This document shows positions 1 to 10,293 of a stretch of 64,000 bases of DNA, one piece after another (the stretch's first letter is position 1; every line of letters starts with the position of its first letter). A program made the position numbers and the translations under genes. Source of the stretch: a candidate division WOR-3 bacterium (lineage in GTDB: Bacteria; Hydrothermota; Tepidihabitantia; SM23-42; CAYGYG01); assembly GCA_965648915.1 (NCBI GenBank), contig CBFGIV010000002.1, positions 64,001 to 128,000 on the forward strand, given 5' to 3'. Below the pieces are notes generated by a model that was not told where the DNA came from, made no database searches, and saw nothing but the letters and a program-made list of their open reading frames with translations.

Positions 1-26
1 TTTTCTGCAGCAATTGAAATGTGCAT
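1..26 (-). CDS. 5' end of a gene running off the window (MHISIAAEK...); resembles the N-terminus of some F0F1 ATP synthase a subunits
   Basis: ATG at 26 lies 7 nt below a TTGACT-N16-TATAAT promoter. Only about 9 codons are visible, so the product is a guess from recalled N-terminal similarity. Confidence 0.3.
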
Positions 27-33
27 CTTATAC

Positions 34-61
34 ATTATACTTTAAAAAAGCAAAAAGTCAA
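34..61 (-). promoter_or_regulatory. sigma70-type promoter, probably leaderless
   Basis: TTGACT (61-56), 16-nt spacer, TATAAT (39-34), ATG 7 nt downstream. Confidence 0.55.
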
Positions 62-431
62 CTATAATGTGCAGATAGGCATAGAGATCGTAATCGGTTG
101 TCCGCCTGGCTTGGTCAAAGAACAATTTTGCCGGGTAAGTCCGGGCTTTATACTTTCAGGTTATACCCGGATTGAAGAATTGCTTGGAGGGGCAGGATTT
201 CTCTGAATATGCTGGCAAGGGAATGAATTCCATTACGTCTTTTGATCGGGTCAAATTAGATTATCCTCAGGGGGTAAATCTTTTCTTCTCTTTTTAAATT
301 ACTTCCCCTCTCGGCGCGGACAAAAATTCTTTATGGGTTTTAAGAGCCGAGAGCCTTATGACAGAAAGAGAGATTCAGATTGACTGTTAATTTTGCGCAG
401 GGCGTCAAGGGGATTAAAGATCACCTACTGG

Positions 432-956
432 TTATTGTCTATTTTTTAAGATCCTGGACAAGGTCTGGATCAGGGCCCGGGCCAGGGCATTGATTGCCTT
501 TTTTACCGGTGGGGAGATGGGAGTGCCCCAGTCTAAAGATTTGGGCACGACCCCGATAATAATTACCTGAGCACCGATCGACTCTTTTATATATCGGACA
601 AATTGACCGAGCGATAAACGATGGGTAGAAACAGCTTCGTCTTTTATCTTCTTTTCATCAATAATGGTAACGGTGCCGGGTTTATCATTGGTCTGGACCG
701 CGTCGATAATAATGACATGTGAAGGTTGATGGGATCTAATTTTACCAGTAAAATTTTCCGGGACCTCACCGGCAATAATACACATTATTTTTTCATTAGG
801 GCTTTTCCTCAATTCGTGGTAAATGTGTTCGGTACAGATAGCACCAAGCCCGTCGTCGGCCTTGAGTGGATTACCGACACCGACGATAGCAACCTTTTTT
901 GCGCCTTTAATCTCCTTGAAAAAATTTTTGGGCAGGATTGTCTTTTTGGCCGGCAT
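432..956 (-). CDS. hycI: Hydrogenase maturation endopeptidase (HycI/HyaD family, peptidase A31)
   Basis: Motifs GVGNPLKADDGLG, EVPENF, IIDAV, STHRLSL; 174 aa. Confidence 0.85.
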   Translation of the reverse strand: MPAKKTILPKNFFKEIKGAKKVAIVGVGNPLKADDGLGAICTEHIYHELRKSPNEKIMCIIAGEVPENFTGKIRSHQPSHVIIIDAVQTNDKPGTVTIIDEKKIKDEAVSTHRLSLGQFVRYIKESIGAQVIIIGVVPKSLDWGTPISPPVKKAINALARALIQTLSRILKNRQ

Positions 957-1054
957 AATATATTATATTATATCCGAAAGAATAAAAAAAGCAAGGCAGG
1001 ATTGAAATAAATACTCTTGAAAAAATATTCTAACGGGATAGAATAGAAGAGACT

Positions 1055-1471
1055 ATGTTAGAAGAGTTTACGATTTCAACCTCACAGGATGAAGAACTAA
1101 TTGATATCACCGAGAGTATAAAGAAGATAGTTCGATCGGTAAAGATAAAGAATGGGCTGGTTCATATTTTTGTCCCGCATGCCACTGCCGGAATAATTCT
1201 GAATGAGAGTGCTGATCCTAACATCAAGACCGATTTTCTTGATGCCCTGGCAAGGTGTATCCCGAAGCGGGCAAATTATCTTCACGACCGGATTGATCAT
1301 AATGCTGCGGCTCATATCAAGAGCGCACTGACCGGACCGAGCCTGATGCTGCCGCTCAAGAATGGCGAACTTCTTCTGGGTACCTGGCAGTCGATAATGT
1401 TCTGCGAATTTGATGGTCCACGATCGCGGCGTCGGATTCTGGTTCAGATTATAAAGACCGATGACGCATAA
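1055..1471 (+). CDS. yjbQ: YjbQ/UPF0047 family protein
   Basis: Motifs PHATAG..LNE.AD, HNAAAHIKS, LGTWQSI.FCEFDGPR. Confidence 0.92.
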   Translation: MLEEFTISTSQDEELIDITESIKKIVRSVKIKNGLVHIFVPHATAGIILNESADPNIKTDFLDALARCIPKRANYLHDRIDHNAAAHIKSALTGPSLMLPLKNGELLLGTWQSIMFCEFDGPRSRRRILVQIIKTDDA

Positions 1472-1500
1472 AGAGGGTCCGAGGGCTACTGGCTTATTAA

Positions 1501-2421
1501 TTAGATCGGAATCGAGACTACATTTTTTATTGCCTGGATTATTTTATCTTCAGCGGGCGGAAACCAGTGCACATCCTTGATCTTGCGGAACCAGGTCAGT
1601 TGTCTTCGGGCATAATTACGGGTATTTTTCTGGGCAAGGTGGATTGCGGCGGGCAGACTTAATCTGTTTTCAAGATAGGCGATGATCTCCTTGTAACCGA
1701 AAGTATTGAAGGCGTTCAGTTTTTTTGAAAGACCTTGGCGAAGCAGGCGTTCAACTTCACCGATTAAACCCTGGTCGATCATTCTGAGAAAACGTTCGTT
1801 GATACGCTGATACAAAACTTTGCGGGGCAGTTCTATACCGATATAATATGGTTGGTATGGGGCTGCAACTTTTTCTTTTATCCAGTCCGAAATTTTTCTG
1901 CCGGTCAATTGATAAATTTCTAACCCCCTTTTGATCCGCTGACGGTCCCGCGGGCCTACCTTTTTTGCCCAGGCCGGATCAATCCTGAGGAGTTCATTAT
2001 AGAGATGGTCGATGCCATATTTCTGTTCCAGACCATCTAAACGGGCTCTCAGTTCTGGATCGGGCCGTGGGCTCTTAAACATTGGTGTAAAAAGGGCACG
2101 GATATAAAGTCCGGATCCACCGACCACCAATGGTAATTTTTTGCGATTTAAGATATCTTTGATTATCGGCAGGGCATCTTCAGCAAATTGGCCGGCAGAA
2201 TATGATTCGGTTATCGGGAGGAAATCGATCATATGAAATCTTACGATCTGTCTCTGCTCCGAAGTTGGTTTGGCGGTGCCGATATCAAGGTCTTTATAGA
2301 TCTGACGAGAATCAGCCGAGATGATCTCAGCATTTAATTGCGGACCAATCTTAACCGCCAGTTCGGTCTTGCCTGAGGCAGTAGGACCAAGAATGACGGG
2401 GATGGTTGTTTTTTTAACCAT
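1501..2421 (-). CDS. miaA: tRNA dimethylallyltransferase
   Basis: Motifs GPTASGKT, SADSRQIY, DIGTAKP, VGGSGLY, TRNYARRQLTWF. Confidence 0.97.
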   Translation of the reverse strand: MVKKTTIPVILGPTASGKTELAVKIGPQLNAEIISADSRQIYKDLDIGTAKPTSEQRQIVRFHMIDFLPITESYSAGQFAEDALPIIKDILNRKKLPLVVGGSGLYIRALFTPMFKSPRPDPELRARLDGLEQKYGIDHLYNELLRIDPAWAKKVGPRDRQRIKRGLEIYQLTGRKISDWIKEKVAAPYQPYYIGIELPRKVLYQRINERFLRMIDQGLIGEVERLLRQGLSKKLNAFNTFGYKEIIAYLENRLSLPAAIHLAQKNTRNYARRQLTWFRKIKDVHWFPPAEDKIIQAIKNVVSIPI

Positions 2422-2429
2422 TAAAGTTA

Positions 2430-4016
2430 CTAAGTCCGGCCAAAGCGGTGGGCAAGGTCATCGAGTGAAAATTTGATCACGGTCGGACGACCATGTGGAC
2501 AGAGATATGGATTTTCGCAGGCGAAGAGTCGATCAATCAGGTTCTGCATCTCGGCGGGAGTCAATCGGTCGCCAGCCTTGATTGCGGTTTTACAGGCAAT
2601 GACCTTGGCAACTTCCTCCCTTTTTTTTATTAACTCGGCTTTGAGTTCAGATAATTCGACAAAGAGATTCTTCAACTCATCCCGATTCAATTTTGTACCG
2701 GCCGGCAATGTATCAATAACAATTACATTGGCCGAAAACTCCTTGGCCTCGATGCCCATTTCCGCAAGGGAGTCTTTTATCGACTTAAAGGTCTCAAACT
2801 CCTGCGCGTTTAGTTCAACAATGACCGGGAAGAGGAGGCGTTGAATACCGGGTTTATTTTTTAGAATTGTTTCAAAGATTATCCGTTCATGAGCAACATG
2901 CTGATCGACGACGATCATACCGTTCTTGGTCTGGGCAATAATGTAGGTATTATGGAGTTGCCAGAACTCTTCTCCTTTTTCCTGCTCCTCTCCTGTGGGG
3001 TACTCGAGATATCCTTCCCGTAGCGAGATGACTCTTTCGGCCGTCGGTTTGAGATTTTTCTTTATTGCTTGAAAGATAAAATCCTGAGCATATCTTTCAT
3101 CGCGAAATTTAATTTCAGTTTTGGCCGGGTGGATATTGACATCGACAAACTCCGGGTCAGATTTTATATAAAGGATGAAGTTGGGTCGAGACTGTGGATT
3201 GCCCAGGGCATCAAGGATTGTTCGGTAGATGGCGCGATGTTGAACTGGCCGCTGATTGACAAAGATACTCTGGAAATTTTCAGCGCGCGATGAACTAACC
3301 GGTTGTTGCAAAAAACCGGTAACGCTGAGCGGCGCACCGGCCTCCTCAAATAAGATAAGTTCTGAAAAACTCTTAGGGAAGAGCTGCCTTACCCTTGACC
3401 TATAATCTTTTACCGATTCAAACTGGAAGAGAATCTTACCATCGGCCGTCAACTTGAAAATTGGGGTGGGATTTGTCAAAATGTAGTTATGGACAACTTC
3501 TACCACTCCTCTCTTTTCATACTCGGTTGATTTTAAAAAATTTCGGCGTACCGGAAAGTTATAAAAAAGATCGAAGACCGAAACGGTTGTCCCGTAGTCC
3601 CGTGCCCAATCGACCACTTCTTTCAATTCGCCGCCTGCAACAACGATTTTTGTTCCAATATTTTCAGTTCGGGCCCGGGTTTCAATAATTAATTTCGAAA
3701 CTGCGCCGATACTGGCCAGGGCCTCGCCCCGAAATCCATAGGTTGAGATGCGAGAGAGGTCATCGACATCAAGAATTTTGCTGGTTGCATACCGGTTGAC
3801 CGAAAGCAAGGCATCAGATAGATCCATCCCGACTCCATTATCACTTACCAATATTTTCTCTTTACCCCCCTGATTGATCTCAATTTCGATTTTTTGAGCA
3901 TCAGCATCAAGTGCATTTTCAATGAGTTCCTTAACCACTCCCTTGGGATTCTGGATAACCTCGCCGGCAGCGATCTTATTTCTTACCTCATCATCGAGGA
4001 TTTTAATTTTACCCAT
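2430..4016 (-). CDS. mutL: DNA mismatch repair endonuclease MutL
   Basis: IAAGEV, KELIENALDA, GFRGEAL GHKL motifs; DQHVAHER and CPHGRP endonuclease motifs. Confidence 0.97.
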   Translation of the reverse strand: MGKIKILDDEVRNKIAAGEVIQNPKGVVKELIENALDADAQKIEIEINQGGKEKILVSDNGVGMDLSDALLSVNRYATSKILDVDDLSRISTYGFRGEALASIGAVSKLIIETRARTENIGTKIVVAGGELKEVVDWARDYGTTVSVFDLFYNFPVRRNFLKSTEYEKRGVVEVVHNYILTNPTPIFKLTADGKILFQFESVKDYRSRVRQLFPKSFSELILFEEAGAPLSVTGFLQQPVSSSRAENFQSIFVNQRPVQHRAIYRTILDALGNPQSRPNFILYIKSDPEFVDVNIHPAKTEIKFRDERYAQDFIFQAIKKNLKPTAERVISLREGYLEYPTGEEQEKGEEFWQLHNTYIIAQTKNGMIVVDQHVAHERIIFETILKNKPGIQRLLFPVIVELNAQEFETFKSIKDSLAEMGIEAKEFSANVIVIDTLPAGTKLNRDELKNLFVELSELKAELIKKREEVAKVIACKTAIKAGDRLTPAEMQNLIDRLFACENPYLCPHGRPTVIKFSLDDLAHRFGRT

Positions 4017-4042
4017 TGCGTAATCTCAGGTAAAAAACTGGT

Positions 4043-5092
4043 TTACTGATGATGGTTACCCTGGGCGAATCGACCGCGAATGTACTCGGCCCTCTTCACA
4101 TCCCTCTCGGTGCTGTCCATTGGTTTATCATAAATAATCTGGAGATTAGCCGGTCGGGTAAAGATTAAAATTTCATTCAGGGTCTGAATTGAAACGCCTT
4201 TGATGTAGCCCAGACCGATACCGAGGCGAACCGCCGAGATAAGGTTTATCGCCTCATCGGTTGAGATGGTTCGAGCGGATTTAAGGATTGCCTCAGCCCG
4301 AAATATTTTGTCTTCGATCTCGGCCTTTGCCTTTTCTAAGAGGGTCATCCGCGCCTTTTTTTCAAAATCAATCAGTTGGTAAGCAACCTTCTCAATAATT
4401 TCTAAAGTCTCTTCTTCTTTCTGCCCAAGCGTGATTCGGTTTGAGATCTGGAAGAGATGTCCTTTAGTTTCGCTACCCTCACCAAATATTCCGCGAACTG
4501 CAAGCCCAATCTGATATATACCCCGTAAAACCTTTTCTGCTTCTCGAGTTAAAATCAATGCGGGGAGGTGGAAAAATAGACTGGCCCGAAGTCCGGTACC
4601 GAGGTTGGTGGGGCAGGATGATATGTAACCGAACTCTTCATCGAAGGCGAATTCAACCTCTTCATCGAGTTGACTTTCCAATTGGTTAACCATCTGGTAG
4701 GTCTCATTAAGACTTAGTCCCGATTTTATCGCCTGAATTCGAAGGTGATCCTCTTCGTTAATCATTGTTGAAGTATAACCGTCATCACTTAAAAAGAGCG
4801 CCTTTTTATGCTCACTTTGAATAAAGGCCGGTGAGATAAGATGCTGTTCAAGCAAGGCCTGGACCTCAAGTGGTGTTAAACTCATAATATCGATAAAACG
4901 TCCCGGGATAACCTTACCCAGGGCAGTCTTGAGGAGTTCTAAGAGTTCGATTTCCTTAGATTCATTTAATTTTATTTCAAAGGGGAAGCCATTTATGTTT
5001 CTTGCCAGGCGGACCCGGCTTGAGAGGACGATCTCGTCTTCCTTCCCTTTTTCCTTGAGCCAGTTAAGGTGACTGGTCAACATTTTCTCCAT
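4043..5092 (-). CDS. mcsB: Protein-arginine kinase McsB
   Basis: Motifs SSRVRLARN, MINEEDHLRIQ, SCPTNLGTGLRAS; directly follows mcsA. Confidence 0.93.
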   Translation of the reverse strand: MEKMLTSHLNWLKEKGKEDEIVLSSRVRLARNINGFPFEIKLNESKEIELLELLKTALGKVIPGRFIDIMSLTPLEVQALLEQHLISPAFIQSEHKKALFLSDDGYTSTMINEEDHLRIQAIKSGLSLNETYQMVNQLESQLDEEVEFAFDEEFGYISSCPTNLGTGLRASLFFHLPALILTREAEKVLRGIYQIGLAVRGIFGEGSETKGHLFQISNRITLGQKEEETLEIIEKVAYQLIDFEKKARMTLLEKAKAEIEDKIFRAEAILKSARTISTDEAINLISAVRLGIGLGYIKGVSIQTLNEILIFTRPANLQIIYDKPMDSTERDVKRAEYIRGRFAQGNHHQ

Positions 5093-5549
5093 ATTTTTTT
5101 AAAAGATCTCTGAGTTCAGCAGCCCTTTCGTAATTCTCATGCTGAAGGGCCTCTTTGAGTTCAGTTTTGAGTCGGATGATTTCACCCACGATCCCACGTT
5201 TTTCTTTTTTGGGGATACGACCGATATGCTGCTGGACACCATGAATACTCATAATGATTGGCACAATGCGGGAACGAAAGGCGCGCACACACTCAGCACA
5301 GCCAAAACGCTGGAAGCGCCGGAATTCAGCAAAGGAGAGGAGGCATTTAGGACAGATCAGGGTTGCGTCATCGAATGCATCACTCTTGAGCATATTCTTA
5401 AGAATCTCAATCGGCAATTGATTTTTTTTGACAATGATCCCGCGTTTTTCGGCGCATTCATCACAGAGGTGCATCTCAATCATTTTATCCTGAGAGGCTT
5501 CTTTGTAAACTTTTGTTGCTTTATTTTTTTTGCAGTCATCACACAGCAT
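5064..5549 (-). CDS. mcsA: McsA (CxxC zinc motifs plus UvrB/C motif), activator of McsB
   Basis: CDDC, CDEC, CPKC, GCAEC and [11 protein letters not shown]. Start moved to ATG 5549, which follows an AAGGAAGG SD. Confidence 0.9.
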   Translation of the reverse strand: MLCDDCKKNKATKVYKEASQDKMIEMHLCDECAEKRGIIVKKNQLPIEILKNMLKSDAFDDATLICPKCLLSFAEFRRFQRFGCAECVRAFRSRIVPIIMSIHGVQQHIGRIPKKEKRGIVGEIIRLKTELKEALQHENYERAAELRDLLKKYGENVDQSP

Positions 5550-6225
5550 ATAACCTTCCTTCAATCAGATTGAAGATACGATCAGCCTGGGTTGCAATCG
5601 CCTGGTTATGGGTTACCAGGATGATCGTTAAATTATTTTCTTCTCTGAGTTTCAAAAATGTTTTCATCAACATTTCACCATTTTTGGTATCGAGATTACC
5701 GGTTGGTTCATCGGCCAGGATAAGATGCGGGTTATTGATCAGGGCCCGGGCAACGGCCACCCTCTGTCTTTCACCACCCGAAAGTCGATCCGGTCGAAAT
5801 CGGCTCCGTTCTTTAAGTCCCATCTGTTCAATGAGCGCTGCGGCACGTAACCAGGATTCCTGCCGATTGCTGTTGGCGATCAATGCGGGCAGGGCGACAT
5901 TTTCGATCAGATTGAATTCGGGGAGAAGGTGATGGAATTGAAAGACAAAGCCGATATAGCGATTGCGCAATCGAGCCAGTTCATCGCTGTTTAACTCAGA
6001 GAGGTCAGTGGAGTTGAAGAAGATCTTACCCCGGGTGGGGAGATCGAGGGTGCCCAGGATGTTTAACAGGGTTGACTTGCCTGAACCCGATGGACCAACA
6101 ATAGCAACGATTTCGCCCCTTGTTACCTCAAGATTAATATCTTTCAGAACTTCGATTTTTTCATTGGGCAGGATGTAATCTTTGGCCAGTGACCGGACCG
6201 AGAGGATGATTGAATTATGATTCAT
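5539..6225 (-). CDS. lolD: Lipoprotein-releasing ABC transporter ATPase LolD
   Basis: Motifs [40 protein letters not shown]; follows lolC/E; start codon uncertain. Confidence 0.88.
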   Translation of the reverse strand: MNHNSIILSVRSLAKDYILPNEKIEVLKDINLEVTRGEIVAIVGPSGSGKSTLLNILGTLDLPTRGKIFFNSTDLSELNSDELARLRNRYIGFVFQFHHLLPEFNLIENVALPALIANSNRQESWLRAAALIEQMGLKERSRFRPDRLSGGERQRVAVARALINNPHLILADEPTGNLDTKNGEMLMKTFLKLREENNLTIILVTHNQAIATQADRIFNLIEGRLYAV

Positions 6226-7402
6226 AACGGATTGCATCAACGATTGTTAACCTCGATGCCAGATAGGCCGGATAGAGTGAGGCGGTAAATGAGATTAAGA
6301 CCGCCGCAATCGCGACGAGAAGAAAATCGGTCAGATTCATCTCAACTGGTAGGGTTTCAATAAAATAGACATCACCGGGCAGATTAATTACTTTCCATCG
6401 ATTTAACAAGGAACAGGCGATAAGGCTGAAGGCGACACCAAGGGCGGTGCCAACTATACCGATGGTTGTTCCTTTATAGATAAATATCCTCATAATCTCT
6501 TTTGACCTTGCCCCCATCGACTTCAGGATACCGATTTCTTTAATCTTTTTGTTGACAAGCATTAACAGGACGCCAATGATATTGAAGGCCGCAACCAGCA
6601 CGATTAATAGAAGAACGATAAAAGCCAGGGCCTTTTCAAATTTCAAGGCGGCAAAGAGTGAATGATTCAATTTTATCCAGTCTAAGACTTTATAGGGATA
6701 ACCGATCGTGCGCTCGATTAGCCGGGCATAATGGGGGGTCTTATAGATATCTTTGACCCGTAGTTCGATACCGGAGACCTTATCCTTCAGGTCGTAAAGT
6801 TTCTGAACCTCACTTAAAGAGAGATATACAAAACTTGAGTTGTATTCATACATCCCGAGATCAAAAACCCCTTTGAGGATAAAACGCTGGGCAGCGGGCA
6901 GAATACCGAAGGTTGTACTGAAGGGTGTTGCGATCAGGATCGTATCCCCGACCCGGGCGTTGAGGGAATGGCTGAGATCAATCCCGAGCACCACACTCTT
7001 GCCCTCGAGATCGAATTCACCATCGACAATATTCTTTGCGACATCGGTTATCTTTGCTTCCAGCTCCGGGATAACACCTTTTATTACCACGCCATCGGTA
7101 TTGCGTTTAAATCGAATAATCGATTTGGTGTAGATAAAAGGTGCCGAACTTTCGATGAATTCGAAATTCTTTAATTGATCAACCACTGACTGGTAATCAG
7201 ATATTGGTTCATTAAAATATTTCTGAATCAGGATGTGGGGTGTCCCGCCCAGGATGCGCCGTTTTAATTCATTCTGAAAACCATTCATAATGGAAAGTGT
7301 TATTAAAAGACAACTAACACCAACAAAGACGCCACCGGTGGCAATGATTGTCGTTAAGCGCGAGGTCAGGTAGCGTCGGGCAACAAAGAATTCGAAACTC
7401 AT
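6215..7402 (-). CDS. lolE: Lipoprotein-releasing ABC transporter permease LolC/E
   Basis: Motifs EFFVARRYL, SIMNGFQ, VAAFNI, KEIGILKSMGA, DVYFIETLP, LYPA; MacB/FtsX layout. Confidence 0.88.
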   Translation of the reverse strand: MSFEFFVARRYLTSRLTTIIATGGVFVGVSCLLITLSIMNGFQNELKRRILGGTPHILIQKYFNEPISDYQSVVDQLKNFEFIESSAPFIYTKSIIRFKRNTDGVVIKGVIPELEAKITDVAKNIVDGEFDLEGKSVVLGIDLSHSLNARVGDTILIATPFSTTFGILPAAQRFILKGVFDLGMYEYNSSFVYLSLSEVQKLYDLKDKVSGIELRVKDIYKTPHYARLIERTIGYPYKVLDWIKLNHSLFAALKFEKALAFIVLLLIVLVAAFNIIGVLLMLVNKKIKEIGILKSMGARSKEIMRIFIYKGTTIGIVGTALGVAFSLIACSLLNRWKVINLPGDVYFIETLPVEMNLTDFLLVAIAAVLISFTASLYPAYLASRLTIVDAIRYES

Positions 7403-8850
7403 TCCTTCCTTAGATGGGGAAAGATTATGACATCCCTTAATGAAGGTCGGTCGAGAAGGACCATGCAGAGGCGATCGATACCAATCCCCAGTCCTCCGGT
7501 AGGCGGCATACCGTGCTCGAGGGCGAGAAGGAAATCTTCATCTATTTCACCAATGCCTTCCTCCTGGGCTTGGAGTTGCTCTTCAAATCGTTTTCTCTGT
7601 TCAATCGGATCGTTTAATTCGGAAAAGGCATTAGCCAGTTCGATACCGAAGATGACCAGTTCAAACCGTTCGACCAGGTCCGGATGCTTCCGGTGTTGTT
7701 TGGCAAGAGGTGAGATCAGTTTGGGATGGTCACAGACAAAGGTCGGTTCAGTAATTTTTTTCTGAACCAGTTCTTCAAAGAGTTTATCGATCATTTTACC
7801 TTTTGAAATATCCTCACTAAATTTCAGGCCAAATTTTGCGCCTTCTTTACTGAGGACTTCTTTATCCAGGTCCAGCGGATTTTTACCCAGGATGCTTTGC
7901 AACTCATCGAGGTAAAAGATCTTTCGGAAGGGTTTTTTCAATTCTACCGATTCTCCCTGGAAGTGGAGATGATTACTATTATTCAATCCTTTTACCAGAA
8001 AGATTAAAAGATCCTCAACCAGACCCATGATATCATTGTAGTCCCGGTATGCCTCATAGGCCTCGAGCATTGTAAACTCTGGGTTGTGGAAACGGTCCAC
8101 CCCTTCATTACGAAAATCTTTGGCAATTTCGTAGACCTTCTCATAGCCACCAACGATCAACCGCTTTAAGTAAAGTTCATCAGCGATTCTCAGATAGACT
8201 TCAGAATCGAGGGCTTGATAATAGGACTTAAATGGACGGGCGGAGGCCCCGCCGTAGACGGGCTGAAGCACGGGTGTTTCGACTTCAAGAAAACCCCGCT
8301 CGTTTAAGAAAGTTCTTATCATATTACATATCCGGGTGCGCGCCTTGAAGAGTTTTCTTGTCTCTTCATTGGCAATCAGATCGAGATAGCGGTAGCGATA
8401 TCTCAGTTCGACATCTTTAAGCCCGTGCCACTTTTCTGGCAGAGGTCTAAGGGATTTGGCCAAAATCATAAAATCATCGACCAGAATCGTAATCTCACCA
8501 GTTTTGGTCTTGAAGACCTTGCCCCGGGCACCAAGAAAATCACCGATGTCGATAAATTCGACAAGGTTAAACTTTTCACCGAGGTCATCGGCGCGCAAAT
8601 ATAACTGGATTTTACCCGATTCGTCACCGAGGTGGAGGAAGATGGTCCTGCCGTGCCTGCGAATCGAGAGGATTCGACCACAAACTGAAACCTTTGTTTC
8701 TTTTGAAGATAGATCTTCAAACCATTCAATGATCTGGGTCGCAGTGTGGGACCGTTCAAAACGGTAAGGGTAAGGGAGAACTCCTTTCTCGAGGAGTCGC
8801 TCGCGTTTCAGTTTTCTGATTTCTTCTTCTTTTACCTGTTGTTGTGCCAT
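7399..8850 (-). CDS. lysS: Lysine--tRNA ligase (class II)
   Basis: OB anticodon domain; RYRYRYLDL, FRNEG, HNPEFTMLE, GMPPTGGLGIGIDRL. Confidence 0.98.
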   Translation of the reverse strand: MAQQQVKEEEIRKLKRERLLEKGVLPYPYRFERSHTATQIIEWFEDLSSKETKVSVCGRILSIRRHGRTIFLHLGDESGKIQLYLRADDLGEKFNLVEFIDIGDFLGARGKVFKTKTGEITILVDDFMILAKSLRPLPEKWHGLKDVELRYRYRYLDLIANEETRKLFKARTRICNMIRTFLNERGFLEVETPVLQPVYGGASARPFKSYYQALDSEVYLRIADELYLKRLIVGGYEKVYEIAKDFRNEGVDRFHNPEFTMLEAYEAYRDYNDIMGLVEDLLIFLVKGLNNSNHLHFQGESVELKKPFRKIFYLDELQSILGKNPLDLDKEVLSKEGAKFGLKFSEDISKGKMIDKLFEELVQKKITEPTFVCDHPKLISPLAKQHRKHPDLVERFELVIFGIELANAFSELNDPIEQRKRFEEQLQAQEEGIGEIDEDFLLALEHGMPPTGGLGIGIDRLCMVLLDRPSLRDVIIFPHLRKE

Positions 8851-8857
8851 CAGGATA

Positions 8858-8885
8858 ATAATATTGATTAAAATACAAAAGTCAA
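8858..8885 (-). promoter_or_regulatory. Promoter of the lysS-lolE-lolD-mcsAB-mutL-miaA run, probably leaderless
   Basis: TTGACT-N16-TATTAT, ATG 7 nt downstream, no SD. Confidence 0.55.
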
Positions 8886-8959
8886 GAAGATTGGTTGGGC
8901 TGAGTTCAAAGATTGGCTCTGCTTAAAAGCGATTTAATTTACTCAATATATGTGAAATT

Positions 8960-9298
8960 TTACTTGGCAAGGAGATTTTTTATTTCCTCCAGTTCTCCTT
9001 TGATTTCTTTAATTATTTCACCTGGTTTTTTGAAAGGCAGAGGGATTTGTTCAATCTCTTCTTTTTTCATTGTGAGAAGTTTTTTTCGTGCACCATCGAT
9101 GGTAAATCCTTCTTCGTAAAGAAGTTTTTTGATGTTGGAGACAATCTCGAGATCGCGCCTCGTATAGACTCTTCGGCCGGCACGGTTCTTTTTAGGACGA
9201 AGCATCTTAAATTCCTTTTCCCAGTATCTAAGTACATAAGGGGGTAGTTCTAAGATCCGGGCTGCTTCATTTATTGAATAGAATTGTTTTTCAATCAT
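8960..9298 (-). CDS. MerR-family transcriptional regulator
   Basis: YSINEAA..L....VLRYWEKEF, RRVY, LLYEEGFTIDGA. Confidence 0.9.
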   Translation of the reverse strand: MIEKQFYSINEAARILELPPYVLRYWEKEFKMLRPKKNRAGRRVYTRRDLEIVSNIKKLLYEEGFTIDGARKKLLTMKKEEIEQIPLPFKKPGEIIKEIKGELEEIKNLLAK

Positions 9299-10293
9299 AA
9301 TGCCTCCTTTTTTAATGGACGACCCATCAATTCCTTGAGCCCTTCAGATGGAGATTTCCCCTTAAAGAGTATCTCGTAGATAATAAAGGTTATTGGCATT
9401 TCGACATTATTCCGCTCTGCCAGTTGACAGGCGGCGATGGTCGTATTGACACCTTCAGCAACCATCACCATATCTTTAAGGGCTTCTTGCAAATTTTTAC
9501 CCTGACCGATCTTTTCGCCCAGATGGCGGTTGCGGGAGTGAGGACTGGTTGCGGTGGTTATTAAATCGCCGACTCCGGAAAGCCCGGCAAAGGTGGCGGC
9601 GGACGCACCCATCTTCAATCCTAACCTCGTAATCTCCACAATACCCCGGGTGATTAAAGCCCCGCGGGCATTGGCGCCGAGATTGAGTCCATCACTGATA
9701 CCACAGGCAATGGCAATGACATTTTTTAAGGCACCGCCCAATTCGACGCCAATTATATCGTCCGAATAGTAAATTCGGAAATAATCCGTAGCGATATTTT
9801 CCTGAATAATTCTTGCGGTCGATTCCTCCTTTGAGGCAATCACGACCGAAGTCGGCTTCTGGAGGATGACCTCATTAGCAATACAGGGACCGGAGAGAAC
9901 TGCGATCTGGCTCGAATCTTTCACAAGTTTACTCTCGATAATTTCTGACATACGCATCAGGGTTTTGGCCTCGATCCCTTTGATCAGGCTCAAATAGAAA
10001 AGGGGGGGCTTTCTAATGGGTGCCATCTGTTCAACCACTGAACGGAGAACAGTCGAAGGTAAGGCAAAGACACAGATCTCAGCACCATTCATTGCTTCAT
10101 CGAGGCGGCTGGTAATATAAATATTCTGAGGTATTGGTACCCCGATCAAAAATGGCTCATTATTCCTTGTCTGATTAACCCTTTGCGCCCTTACGGAGTC
10201 AAATTCCCAGATTGTTACCTGATGGCCCTTCCTTGATAAGAGAATACCGAAGACTGACCCCCAGTTGCCGCACCCTAAGATAGTAACTTTCAT
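9295..10293 (-). CDS. gpsA: NAD(P)H-dependent glycerol-3-phosphate dehydrogenase
   Basis: Motifs GCGNWG, LSGP, GVELGGALKN, GLSGVGDL, SRNR, AEGV. Confidence 0.96.
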   Translation of the reverse strand: MKVTILGCGNWGSVFGILLSRKGHQVTIWEFDSVRAQRVNQTRNNEPFLIGVPIPQNIYITSRLDEAMNGAEICVFALPSTVLRSVVEQMAPIRKPPLFYLSLIKGIEAKTLMRMSEIIESKLVKDSSQIAVLSGPCIANEVILQKPTSVVIASKEESTARIIQENIATDYFRIYYSDDIIGVELGGALKNVIAIACGISDGLNLGANARGALITRGIVEITRLGLKMGASAATFAGLSGVGDLITTATSPHSRNRHLGEKIGQGKNLQEALKDMVMVAEGVNTTIAACQLAERNNVEMPITFIIYEILFKGKSPSEGLKELMGRPLKKEAL

